Of a stretch of 64,000 nucleotides of DNA, positions 1 to 9,697 are shown one piece after another. Source of the stretch: Ignavibacteriota bacterium (GTDB lineage: Bacteria > Bacteroidota > Ignavibacteria > Palsa-1295); the NCBI GenBank assembly GCA_963787835.1, contig CAWBEI010000002.1, positions 704,001-768,000 of the forward strand. Direction: 5' to 3'. The position numbers and the translations under genes were made by a program. The stretch's first letter is position 1. Each line of letters starts with the position of its first letter. Below the pieces are notes generated by a model that saw only the letters and a program-made list of their open reading frames with translations, did not search any database and was not told the DNA's origin.

Positions 1-1
1 T

Positions 2-997
2 TTGTCCACATCGTGCGGCGGATCGGACACCGGTCTTCGCATCGGCGTTACCGGCTGCCCGCTGCAGAATGGCACGTTAGATTCGGTGTGGCTTACCGGA
101 TCGCCAGCGCTCCAGATCAGCGATACCCGCTCCGTTCCACGATCGCTGCTGATAAATGACAGCATCGGTGTATTGTATTTACCCAATGGTGGTGGTTCGG
201 ATACTGCAGAACTTCATATTCGGTACGATGTCGGCTCCGGCCCGCAGGATACGGTGCTTACGGTCATCGGCTCGGTGGCATCGCCATTGCTTGCGCAGCC
301 GGCACACATGCGCCGGGAATCCTCATCCGCCTATTATGACGGACTCGATTCGCTTCCCCTTCAACTCGATATTAGTACCTCGGTCAATTTCGATTCTCTT
401 TGGAACTTAGTGACCGACATTCAGGGGACATGTGCGTTCGACCCGAACGTGGTCAGCGCGATTCAGTACTTGCCGCCAAGTCCGTGGACGCTGGTATCCT
501 TCACTGCACACGCCAGTTCCTTCGATTTCGAGATCATCAACAAAACGGGAAGGGCACAGAACCCGCTTGATCTCGGCACGGCAGTGTTCCGTCCGAAATC
601 CTCGGAACCGGCCACGAGCTGGGTCACGATGCCGCGGCTCCTGCTGACAATCGGGAATCAAACCAACTCCCTCTGCGTGATCGATAACGAGGATAATCAT
701 TGGGCTGTCAAGACGCTCGGGCTGACTGCAGGTGTTGCTTCACCCACGCTTCCGCCTGTTGGGGATGCGTTCGTTCTATTTCCCAATCCAGCAGAAGATG
801 ATTTGTTCGTTCGAAGCGAAGCGGATCAGCCGGCCACGATCACGATCTACGATGCTATCGGAAGGGTCGTGGGAACCGCGTCCGTCGCTGCACAGGCGAC
901 CGCTTCGATCGACACGCATTCGCTCGCATCCGGCGTGTATTTCGTCCGGATCGCCTGTGCTGATGTTATAGACTCAAAAATGTTCGTGAAAGAATAA
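2..997 (+). CDS. T9SS type A sorting domain protein (5'-truncated by window)
   Basis: Open from the window edge; C-terminus LFPNPAED...ITIYDAIGRVV...LASGVYFVRI...KMFVKE is a typical T9SS CTD. Confidence 0.85.
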   Translation: MSTSCGGSDTGLRIGVTGCPLQNGTLDSVWLTGSPALQISDTRSVPRSLLINDSIGVLYLPNGGGSDTAELHIRYDVGSGPQDTVLTVIGSVASPLLAQPAHMRRESSSAYYDGLDSLPLQLDISTSVNFDSLWNLVTDIQGTCAFDPNVVSAIQYLPPSPWTLVSFTAHASSFDFEIINKTGRAQNPLDLGTAVFRPKSSEPATSWVTMPRLLLTIGNQTNSLCVIDNEDNHWAVKTLGLTAGVASPTLPPVGDAFVLFPNPAEDDLFVRSEADQPATITIYDAIGRVVGTASVAAQATASIDTHSLASGVYFVRIACADVIDSKMFVKE

Positions 998-1032
998 CTT
1001 TCCTCTCATCCTCCTGGAGGACAGATGATCAG

Positions 1033-2319
1033 CTAAAAATAGCTCGATATTCCGAGGATAAAACCTCCAGTGTGTGAGGGCGGGTCGCCCAAAATATCAT
1101 ACTGCTCCATGTAGCGATAGTTGAACCTGAAAACAGTTCCCGACACAGGCCGGAAACTGATCGCCGGCATAATGCTCCAAAGATCATCGCCGATATTCGT
1201 TCCAGTTTCCGTGAACGTGCCAACATTCCAATCGACGTATTCCAGCCGTAACGCGAGCGAGAATGTAGCGTTCTCCCAGCCGAGCATCGAATGCGTATAA
1301 ACCGGTTGCACAATATCCATAAATCCGCCCTGCTGCGCGCTGCCATATTGTTGCGTATAGGTTGAAGGAACATCGACATGGATCCACGCCCATTCGGCGA
1401 TGAGATTCGTGTTCGTCCCGGGGAGGGTCACATTGCAATCGGCATCGAATACACGCACACTCCGCTCAGCGTCGATGACCGTCCCATCGGGCATCCAAGT
1501 GTTATAGACCCCGCCCATGTAGGAGAATCCCAGTTCATTGAGCGCGCCATGACCCACGGAGAGTTTTGCGGTGACGAGAGGCTCGCCGCTTGCGCTGCTG
1601 ATAAAGCGGGTCGGGTTGGTTTTTGCGGCCGGCAGGAACGTTTTATTTTCCGAATTACTGATGATCGAATCATTGAAGCCTCCCGTCAGATAGGCTTCAT
1701 ATCCAAACATCCAATCGTTCAAATATTTCTTGCCATAAAGCCCGAAGCCGGCGTTGCTCCAGGTGTCCGGAAGCAGATCGGTCATCGCGATGGGGCGGTC
1801 GGTAAATTCCCATTTAGGGCCATCATGATTTTCATTGAACGAGCCGATCGGATTGACGATCATGCCACCGCGAACATTTAGCAAGGGATCGAAATTAACA
1901 TCGAGTGCCGCATACTCGACTTCAACTTCTGTCTCAGGCCCGGAGGCGTTATCCTTATCTGCGAGCACATCGACGTCGTTTTCAAATTCTAATTCTGTGA
2001 TGAATTTTATTCTCGGCGCAATCGACGCGGCGAAAAACAAGGAAACTCGTCGGAATTGGAATTGCTGACCAACGGAGGCTCCATCCGTCGAAAGGTTCTG
2101 CCAATTCGCTTCGACATATCCACCAATGGTGATCGGCAATTTGCCGGTACTCAAAACGGGGCGATTGTACAGCGCGTCCATGCTAAGCGATGGTCTCGTG
2201 GTATCTTTCACAACAGTAGTGTCTCTCGCGGTGGGCGTGAGCAAGGTCGAATCGATCTGCGCGATGGCCACGGTTCCATGAAAAGCAAGGATAATGGTGA
2301 TAATAAGGTATTTGCTCAT
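1033..2319 (-). CDS. Outer-membrane porin-like beta-barrel
   Basis: Signal peptide; IGGYVEA, FITELEFE and EYAALD porin-like strands; ends GISSYF (terminal Phe); 4-bp overlap with the Rieske gene. Confidence 0.7.
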   Translation of the reverse strand: MSKYLIITIILAFHGTVAIAQIDSTLLTPTARDTTVVKDTTRPSLSMDALYNRPVLSTGKLPITIGGYVEANWQNLSTDGASVGQQFQFRRVSLFFAASIAPRIKFITELEFENDVDVLADKDNASGPETEVEVEYAALDVNFDPLLNVRGGMIVNPIGSFNENHDGPKWEFTDRPIAMTDLLPDTWSNAGFGLYGKKYLNDWMFGYEAYLTGGFNDSIISNSENKTFLPAAKTNPTRFISSASGEPLVTAKLSVGHGALNELGFSYMGGVYNTWMPDGTVIDAERSVRVFDADCNVTLPGTNTNLIAEWAWIHVDVPSTYTQQYGSAQQGGFMDIVQPVYTHSMLGWENATFSLALRLEYVDWNVGTFTETGTNIGDDLWSIMPAISFRPVSGTVFRFNYRYMEQYDILGDPPSHTGGFILGISSYF

Positions 2320-2771
2320 GATTTTTTCAAGGAAATTCGTAGATGGTCCGTTTCTACGGCAACTGGGAACGATCGTAATGCTTCATCCGCCGGGCCATTC
2401 AGGACAGCACCGGTTGATGTAAAGGCGCTGCCATGCGCGGGACATTCCAAGCGATCGCCAAAGACCTGAAGTTCTGCTCCCTGGTGTGTGCAGCGCATCC
2501 ACAATGCGGAATAATGCGTCTCTGAAAACCGATAGATGCAGATCGGGAATTCTAATTGCTTATTATAGACGATCACGGAATCATGGAACTGTGGTGCTTC
2601 ACCCGGCTTGGAATTTGGAATGAGGAAACTATTGGCAGGGATGAGAATGTCCGTCCCAGAAATTTCGCCATTTAGCGCCGGGGGACCGGAGCAGCCGGAC
2701 AGGATCGGAGTCAGTACGCTCCCACCGACACACGCCAGACAGCACAATTGAAGAAATTCTTTCCTATTCAC
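2316..2771 (-). CDS. Rieske [2Fe-2S] lipoprotein with Tat-like signal
   Basis: CTHQG and CPAHGS Rieske motifs; MNRKEFL Tat-like start (GTG) and LSGC lipobox. Confidence 0.9.
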   Translation of the reverse strand: MNRKEFLQLCCLACVGGSVLTPILSGCSGPPALNGEISGTDILIPANSFLIPNSKPGEAPQFHDSVIVYNKQLEFPICIYRFSETHYSALWMRCTHQGAELQVFGDRLECPAHGSAFTSTGAVLNGPADEALRSFPVAVETDHLRISLKKS

Positions 2772-2773
2772 TT

Positions 2774-3975
2774 TTAAAGCGATTGCAAAAACGTGATGAG
2801 CGCGTTCACGTCTGACGAAGTAAGTTGATGGAAGCGGTTCACGCTGGTGGTTGCTTCGCCACCATGCAATAGAATCGCTTGCTGGATGCTATGGGCACGG
2901 CCATCGTGGAGCAAAAATAATTGCCCTCCCTGAGAATTCTGCGCAAGCCCCAACCCCCAGAGCGGAGCTGTTCGCCATTCCGATGTTTGAGCGGTTCCCT
3001 CCGTATAGTGATCGTCCAGGCCGGGACCCATATCATGGACAAGCAGATCGGTAAAGGGACGGAATTGCTGGTAGGATAGGGAATCGACCGGCGAAAACCC
3101 TGTCGTCAATGTTTCGCGATGGCAGTTTGCACACCCGGTTTGTTCAAACACTACCTGACCGTGCATCACAGTTGGATCCGTTGGATTTCGCTGGGTTGGC
3201 GGCGCAAGTGCGCGAAGATAAAATTCGAGGGCTTGAACGGTATTATCCGATATTTTCGGATCGACATTTCGCAGATAATACGTGCTCAGAGGATTGTAGG
3301 TAGAGGTGATCCCAATGTCCTGATTTAAGGCATTGACGGTCTGTTGCAAAAGACTATAGACGCTGGCCTTTTTCCGAACCGGCAAATATACTTCCCATCG
3401 CTGCGGACAACATCGTTCGGATTCGGCGTAACATACGCTGGGATCGTATTCCAGTTAGGATGTCCCCGGACGCCATCGGGATTGTTTACATTTTCTGCGG
3501 CCATGGCTATGATCGAATCATCCGTAACAGCTTCGATGAGTCCTAATCCGGCGGTAATAGGAGGAGTCAGTTGCGAAAAGGTTGCGCCAATAGGGAGCTG
3601 TTCCGGCAAGTATCCGGGAATCGCACGGTTCTGTAATTGTGGCCCTCCCTGCGCTAAAAACTTATTTCCAGTCGTATCGCTTTGACCAAAACGAGTGAGC
3701 GTTGTAAACGGAGTTCCCTTTCCATCTCCCTCGTGGCAGCTAAAGCAGCTCGTCGCGTTGAAGATTGGCCCAAGCCCGTTCGATGCCGAAAACACCAGTT
3801 CGTTAAATGCCTCATCGCCCGCTACGAACTGGATCAACTGTGCGTTAGATAGCCCATTAACCTGCCCGGAATTGATCTCTTCATCACTCAGCGGTGCGGA
3901 CGGTTCCAATTGTGCACATCCCACTGATAAAAGTGCACAGAGTGGGAGCAGCTCATATAACTTCATTCTTTTCAT
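2774..3975 (-). CDS. Di-haem oxidoreductase (DHOR) family lipoprotein, split by a 1-nt frameshift at 3369-3373
   Basis: ORFs 3325-3975 and 2774-3385 join as ...ICRFGKKASVYSLLQQ... if one A is added; GLGPIFNATSCFSCH, GCANCH, TDLLVHDMG, WRTAPLWGLG, HDGRA and HGGEA motifs. Confidence 0.85.
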
Positions 3976-4011
3976 AGACTTATAGGGTTGGTGCTGGGAA
4001 ATTCTTGTTTT

Positions 4012-4032
4012 AACAAAGACTAAGTCTTAATA
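4012..4032. promoter_or_regulatory. Candidate Fur-family operator upstream of the DHOR operon
   Basis: aacaAAGACTAAGTCTTAATA matches the palindrome at 5972-5992. Confidence 0.55.
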
Positions 4033-4098
4033 GTAAGATTTAATAGTTCAATATCGTTTAATTCAATTTGCGCCGAAATAGTATTAGAAAATGTGAAA

Positions 4099-5304
4099 TT
4101 ACTCGACCCAGTCCGCGACGAAAATATTGGTATTATGCGGATGGGAACCGTTACGGTTGGAACAAAAGACAAGCTTCTTGCCGTCGCGGGTGAACATGGG
4201 GAAGCTGTTGAAGCCACCACCGTAAGTGATGCGCTCCAGTCCGGTGCCATCCTTTTTGATCATAAAAAGATCGAACGAGCGGCCTTTGGGATCGAGATAG
4301 TTTGAAGAAAAAATAATATGTTGACCATCCGGCGCCCAATACGGAGAAAAACTCGCTGCCCCTAAGTTAGTGACCTGCCGCTTATTCGTTCCATCGACAT
4401 TCATGATATAGATCTCGAGCTTCGTCGGCTTTACGAGACCTTGCTTCAGCAACTCGTGATACTCTGTAAGCTCATCGCCGGTTGGCCGAGAAGCGCGATA
4501 CACAATTTCGCTGCCGTCGGGCGAAAAATAGGCGCCACCATCGTAACCTACTTCATTTGTAAGCCGCTTTGGTTCCGTGCCATCGAGATTCATAGAATAG
4601 AGATCGATATCACCCGATCGTGTGCTGGTAAATACGATACGATCGCCTTTCTGAGAGATGGTGGATTCGGCATCGTAATAGGAGGTGTCGAAGGTGATCT
4701 GTCGTAAAACTTTTCCATTTGTATCGGAGACGTATATGTCATATCCCTTGTATAGAGGCCATACATAACCTTTGGAAAAATCCGGTTCCGGGGGGCATGA
4801 ACCGCCATACATCGCTTGTGTGGAAGAATAAAGGATCTTATCGCCTCCGGGAAGAAAATAGGAGCAGGTTGTACGCCCCGCCCCATTCGAGATGCGCTTC
4901 ACACGGCTGCCATCGATAGGCATCATAAAGATCTGATCGCACGATCCCGGTTTCTTTCCGTGCGCCTGAAACGTTAGAAATTTATCATCCGGACTTAAAT
5001 AGGCCTCTGCATTTTCACCTTCGAAGGAAAGCTGCTTAATGTTCTTGAGATGCTTCTCACCGGGGTAGTAGCATGAATCGGGAAGCGCTCGCGCTCCGGG
5101 GAATTGTTTCTTCATATCGATCCCGGAATTATCGTGCATGGAAAAATCATAGATCGGCGACATGCCGAGCATTCGCCCGGTCAGAACATGCTTCTTTGTG
5201 GTATCAACCTTCTTCGTAGTATCTGTGAGCGGCGACGTGAACTGTGCCGCTGCGACGGATGAAAGAAAAAATGACCCGAGGAGAAAAGAGTAGAAAAATT
5301 TCAT
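4099..5304 (-). CDS. TolB-like / PD40 beta-propeller secreted protein
   Basis: Signal peptide; repeated FSPDG/WAPDG blades; GENAEAYLSPD, YDAESTIS and GYDGGAYFSPDG motifs. Confidence 0.85.
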   Translation of the reverse strand: MKFFYSFLLGSFFLSSVAAAQFTSPLTDTTKKVDTTKKHVLTGRMLGMSPIYDFSMHDNSGIDMKKQFPGARALPDSCYYPGEKHLKNIKQLSFEGENAEAYLSPDDKFLTFQAHGKKPGSCDQIFMMPIDGSRVKRISNGAGRTTCSYFLPGGDKILYSSTQAMYGGSCPPEPDFSKGYVWPLYKGYDIYVSDTNGKVLRQITFDTSYYDAESTISQKGDRIVFTSTRSGDIDLYSMNLDGTEPKRLTNEVGYDGGAYFSPDGSEIVYRASRPTGDELTEYHELLKQGLVKPTKLEIYIMNVDGTNKRQVTNLGAASFSPYWAPDGQHIIFSSNYLDPKGRSFDLFMIKKDGTGLERITYGGGFNSFPMFTRDGKKLVFCSNRNGSHPHNTNIFVADWVE

Positions 5305-5350
5305 TGTCTATAAAATTACAATAGGAGCCTCAACGTTCACGCATGATCGA

Positions 5351-5968
5351 TCATGCGCCGTGTTGTTCTTTTATTTTGTTGAGCGGCAGTACGCCACTTG
5401 AGCCCGGTGAACCCGTGACCGATAGATGGTCTCCCGAACGAGTATGCTCGTTCACGCGACCCGGTCCACTGGTACGGCATTCAAGGCAGAGGCCGAAGAT
5501 CTGAAACGAATGATACATAGGAGAAAATCCATACTGCGCGCAGGCATCGTCCTGTAACCGTTCAACGCGGGCATTCTCGAACTCCACGATCTTTCCGCAT
5601 TTCGTGCAGACCATGTGGTCGTGGTGCGGTCTGTCGGTGGTTTTCTCGTATTGAGCATGGCCCTGCGAAAAACGATAACGCGAAACCAACCCGCATTCAT
5701 GTAAGAGCGCAAGTGTCTTATAAACGGTAGCCCGAGAAACCTTCGAGCCGTTATTCTTCAGATAAATAAAAAGATTATCGGCATCGAAATGGTCGTTCCA
5801 GGCAAGCACGGCATCTAATACATCGAACCGCTCGGGGGTAATGCGGTATTGGCCATCCTGTAAGAATTTCCGGAAGTGCTCGTGCGGCTTTAGTGCCTCG
5901 CGCCGAATTCCTGCCGCGCGGGAAACTGGCGTTGCCTTTTTTCGGGATACACGAGTGGTGCCTGTCAT
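5351..5968 (-). CDS. fur: Fur family transcriptional regulator
   Basis: RITPER, VSRATVYKTL, HHDHMVCTKC and GLCLEC motifs; Fur versus PerR/Zur subfamily not certain. Confidence 0.85.
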   Translation of the reverse strand: MTGTTRVSRKKATPVSRAAGIRREALKPHEHFRKFLQDGQYRITPERFDVLDAVLAWNDHFDADNLFIYLKNNGSKVSRATVYKTLALLHECGLVSRYRFSQGHAQYEKTTDRPHHDHMVCTKCGKIVEFENARVERLQDDACAQYGFSPMYHSFQIFGLCLECRTSGPGRVNEHTRSGDHLSVTGSPGSSGVLPLNKIKEQHGA

Positions 5969-5971
5969 GCT

Positions 5972-5992
5972 TATTAAGATTGAGTCTTAATA
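5972..5992. promoter_or_regulatory. Palindromic operator directly upstream of fur (autoregulation candidate)
   Basis: TATTAAGA-TTGAG-TCTTAATA, a perfect 8-5-8 inverted repeat 3 nt before the start codon. Confidence 0.6.
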
Positions 5993-6059
5993 CAAGGTTT
6001 CAAACAGAGTCGTTCCACTGCCATTCGAATCTTAAATCAAGCTTCAGGCCGCGTATTTC

Positions 6060-8216
6060 TTAATACTTCCCGACCAGCACCTCGATCAACCCGGTCCCCG
6101 GACCATTGAAATTATCAAGCGCCTTGCCAAGAACCTCACCGATCTGCACCTTAGTAAGATCGGCTTTCATAGCGTGGCCGGGCGTCGAGGATGTAACGAG
6201 AAGATCACCGATCTGAATCGGGCCATTTTCTGCGGACACTTTCGTGGGAATCACGCCAATCACGCCAAGCGGTACTTTTTCCGATAGATCGGCATCGATA
6301 TTTTCGGGTGTAAGCAGCACTCCGGGCTTGGTAGCATATACGCCAGCGACAAGTCTCGAATACGACTCACTGCACTTTTCTACCTTGCGGCTACCCGTGC
6401 GTGAGATCACCAGCACGTCACCCGGCTCATAGCTCGATCGAGCATTGGGTACATCGAAGGTTTCGGCGACATCGGCACCGCCTGTCTGCGTGCCTCCATC
6501 GAAGAATCCTTTTCCGGTATTATCGATGCGTGCTTTATTCCCGGCTAAAGTCTGGAAAATGGCGATGTTGTTGTTAAACGTGGTCGAAGTTCCGCTTCCC
6601 TCGTACACTGCAACGAGCGCATTGCCCGTCGTGCTAGCTATGGCAAGCACGCCGGTTCCCGTACTGGACCAACCCTCGACCCCATTTCCGGGAGTGGAAA
6701 CTCCGTAGACCCCATCCGCACTGGTGGAAGTTCCGGATGCATTGCCATAGACCCCGATCCCGGAAACGGTCAGCCCATACACACCCCATCCTCCGCCGGC
6801 GTGGGAACCATAAACGCCAATTCCTAAAGAGCCAGTCCCGTCGTTCGTGCCCAGCACGGCGGCGGAAAAACCACCTGGTGAAAGCGCGGTGATCTCGCCT
6901 TGAATGGCCGCAGCGTTGGAAGATGTCGAACTGCTTTGAGCAAGGATGGATGGTTTTGTCGTTGACGATAACGAGGATACCGCTTTGATGGCGCTCCCCG
7001 ACCCGGCATTATTCACCTCAACGGTATTGGCCGTTGCCGATGTGTTCGTGATCTCAAACAGACCGGCGCGACCTGTCATCGTTCCTGAACCAACCGTACC
7101 ATAAATTGCTACGCCTGACGAATACGTAGCGCCCTCTATACCATATCCAGTATTCGTCAAACCGGCTATTCCGGATGAAGTAGAAGATGCACCGCAAACG
7201 CCGGAGTTGGTGAGTACGCCAACCGAGGCACCATCGGATGAATACCCGACCACCCCAATGCCGGACGAACTGGATGTGGTGCCTTGTACACCGGCAATGG
7301 CCCCAGCAGAGGCAGAGCCATTCAATGCGCTGCCCGAACCGCTATTGGTTACAGAGAACAATGCAGAACCTGAGGATACCGTTTGCGAATAAGGCAAAGA
7401 AAAAACGGCGGGGCTCACCCAGGCAGCGCCGCCGGAACCATTCGCAGTCAGAACCTGACCGTTAGTTGCGGCACCGGAACCTACCACAGCATTCGTTACG
7501 GCGCCATTCGCTATCTTCGCCGTGGTCACGGCGGCATTTGCTAATTTTAGTGTTGAAACAGCACCATCTGCAAGACCAAGGGTAGCCGTTGGACCGTTCG
7601 GTGCCGTAACGTTGATCGTACCATCGGTATTCTGAATCCCTTGAATGCCCGTTCCCCCACCACCAGTTGAGCTGATCGTGATCGTCTGGCCGTTGTTGGT
7701 GATCGTTGTGCCACCCGCCCCGGTGAGTGTTATGGCGCCTGCAAGATTATTAACGGAATGCACCGCGCCACCGACCACGCGCGCGGAATCCGCAAAGCGG
7801 CTGCTCCACGCCGTGGGAACTGCCCCCAGCTTAGTCCGAGGCGCGAGTTCCGCACCGCCATCGATGCTGATGCCGAGATAATAATTTGGAGCGGGACGCA
7901 CCGTTCCCATATAATCTCCGGCATCGAAGAGTGGCAATGGATTCGCCTTGTTCGTACCGATCTGAATGTTGAATACCCCGGCACTGAAGGCTACCGCGCC
8001 TTGAGATTCCTGATACAGAGCCGTTCCGCCTGAGGAATCGGAATAGATCGCCAGCGCGACGGAGTGCGCCCCTTGCAACGGCGATCCATTACTTGATGCG
8101 GTTCCCTGATACGTGATGACTTGTTGAGCGAAGGATGAAGATGAGGCGAGCACCAGGAAAAGAAAGAAACCCAGAGCGCGCACCGAGGTTTGAGAAATGC
8201 CCTTCTGTGTTTTCAT
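6060..8216 (-). CDS. Secreted trimeric fibre/adhesin-like protein with C-terminal intramolecular-chaperone-like (S74/G2-type) domain
   Basis: Signal peptide; N-terminal ITYQG...GVFNIQIG...GAVPTA domain; AVTTAKIA and GVYG repeats; C-terminal GADVAETF...PGDVLVI...GPIQIGDLLVTSSTPGHAMKA...LGKAL. Confidence 0.7.
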   Translation of the reverse strand: MKTQKGISQTSVRALGFFLFLVLASSSSFAQQVITYQGTASSNGSPLQGAHSVALAIYSDSSGGTALYQESQGAVAFSAGVFNIQIGTNKANPLPLFDAGDYMGTVRPAPNYYLGISIDGGAELAPRTKLGAVPTAWSSRFADSARVVGGAVHSVNNLAGAITLTGAGGTTITNNGQTITISSTGGGGTGIQGIQNTDGTINVTAPNGPTATLGLADGAVSTLKLANAAVTTAKIANGAVTNAVVGSGAATNGQVLTANGSGGAAWVSPAVFSLPYSQTVSSGSALFSVTNSGSGSALNGSASAGAIAGVQGTTSSSSGIGVVGYSSDGASVGVLTNSGVCGASSTSSGIAGLTNTGYGIEGATYSSGVAIYGTVGSGTMTGRAGLFEITNTSATANTVEVNNAGSGSAIKAVSSLSSTTKPSILAQSSSTSSNAAAIQGEITALSPGGFSAAVLGTNDGTGSLGIGVYGSHAGGGWGVYGLTVSGIGVYGNASGTSTSADGVYGVSTPGNGVEGWSSTGTGVLAIASTTGNALVAVYEGSGTSTTFNNNIAIFQTLAGNKARIDNTGKGFFDGGTQTGGADVAETFDVPNARSSYEPGDVLVISRTGSRKVEKCSESYSRLVAGVYATKPGVLLTPENIDADLSEKVPLGVIGVIPTKVSAENGPIQIGDLLVTSSTPGHAMKADLTKVQIGEVLGKALDNFNGPGTGLIEVLVGKY

Positions 8217-8253
8217 AGCAAAAAATGGTTGGTTAAACTAAGACTATCGTTTG

Positions 8254-8261
8254 CAAATATA
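8254..8261 (-). promoter_or_regulatory. Bacteroidota-type -7 promoter box (TATATTTG)
   Basis: Matches TAnnTTTG about 38 nt upstream of the fibre gene start. Confidence 0.55.
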
Positions 8262-8400
8262 CAATCAAAATTTGCCAATGCAACAAAAAGAAAATCCTGT
8301 GGTCTTCTTCCGGAAGACTATTCCAAAGGACAATGCTTTTGGAACCTCAAAACTTACTCAACGGGCCGCGAAATCGGCACAAGGTGCAGAAGATCGGAGG

Positions 8401-9675
8401 CTAAGCCTGAAAGTATGCCATCCCGTTATTGATCACTCCCACGACCTTCCCGGTAAATTCCTTCCCGATAAATGGCGTATTCCGAGAATGCGAATGAATG
8501 TCCGTTTCCGAAAATCTCCATGTGCAATTGGGATCGAAAATGGTGAAATTCGCGCGCTCCCCTTCTCTGATTTGGACGTTTGGAAGTCCCAGCAATGTAC
8601 GCGGATTTGACGACGAGCACTCGATATAGTGTGAAAGTGTGAGATGCCCCGCATGAACGAGAGTAGTCAGCCCGATCGGAATTGCTGTTTCGAGACCGAT
8701 AATTCCCATAGCTGCGCTTACCATATCCGTCTCTTTTTCATGCGTGGCGTGCGGTGCGTGATCGGTGGCAATGCAATCGATCGTTCCATCTCGCAATCCT
8801 TCAATGATCGCATCCACATCCTCTTGCGTGCGGAGCGGCGGACACATTTTCGCCATAGTACCATGCGCTTCGACAGCTTCATCGGTTAATGTGAAATGAT
8901 GCGGAGTAACTTCGCACGAAACAGACAATCCGCGCGCCTTCGCTTCGCGGACGAGCCGGACCCCGCCTTTCGTGCTTACATGCGCTACGTGATAACGCAC
9001 CCCTCCGACATATTCCGCAAGCAAAATATCGCGCGCAATAATAATTTCTTCTGCTACGCTGGGCCAGCCGGGAAGACCGAGTCTTGTAGAAACACGACCT
9101 TCGTTCATTGCGGTGCCAGATGTCATCGAATGCTCTTCACAATGCTGCGTTACCAGCAGATCGAACATTTTTGCGTATTCGAACACACGTCGCATTACTT
9201 CGGCGCTTCTGACTGCCGCACCATCGTCGGAGATCATCTTTACACCCGCCTTTGCGAGCGCGGCCATCGGGGCAAGTTCTTCGCCTTTGCGATCCTTCGT
9301 CATCGTTCCGCAAATAGATAGATCGACAAGATGCCCTGCGGCTTTCTCTTTGATATAACTTACGACGAATGGATCGGATATCGGCGGCTCGGTATTCGGC
9401 ATGCAGCATACACCGGTAAAACCGCCGGCCATTGCTGCATTCAATCCAGATTCAATTGTCTCTTTATATTCTTGTCCGGGTTCCCGCAAATGGACGTGCA
9501 TATCGAAAAACCCAGGTGCAACGACGGCTCCGGCAAGGTCGCGCGCTTCAACATCCGATTCCAACCCACGCCCAATACGCGTGATGACGCCTTCGCGAAT
9601 TTCAAGATCGACGCCAGACTCATCGAGCTTTAGCGAGGGATCGATCACACGCGCATTTCGAAGAACTATATCCAT
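8401..9675 (-). CDS. pyrC: Dihydroorotase
   Basis: DMHVHLREPG, MPNTEP, HCEE, CEVTPHH and ATDHAPH motifs; downstream of pyrB. Confidence 0.95.
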   Translation of the reverse strand: MDIVLRNARVIDPSLKLDESGVDLEIREGVITRIGRGLESDVEARDLAGAVVAPGFFDMHVHLREPGQEYKETIESGLNAAMAGGFTGVCCMPNTEPPISDPFVVSYIKEKAAGHLVDLSICGTMTKDRKGEELAPMAALAKAGVKMISDDGAAVRSAEVMRRVFEYAKMFDLLVTQHCEEHSMTSGTAMNEGRVSTRLGLPGWPSVAEEIIIARDILLAEYVGGVRYHVAHVSTKGGVRLVREAKARGLSVSCEVTPHHFTLTDEAVEAHGTMAKMCPPLRTQEDVDAIIEGLRDGTIDCIATDHAPHATHEKETDMVSAAMGIIGLETAIPIGLTTLVHAGHLTLSHYIECSSSNPRTLLGLPNVQIREGERANFTIFDPNCTWRFSETDIHSHSRNTPFIGKEFTGKVVGVINNGMAYFQA

Positions 9676-9697
9676 TCTTAATTCTTAATTTTTACTT

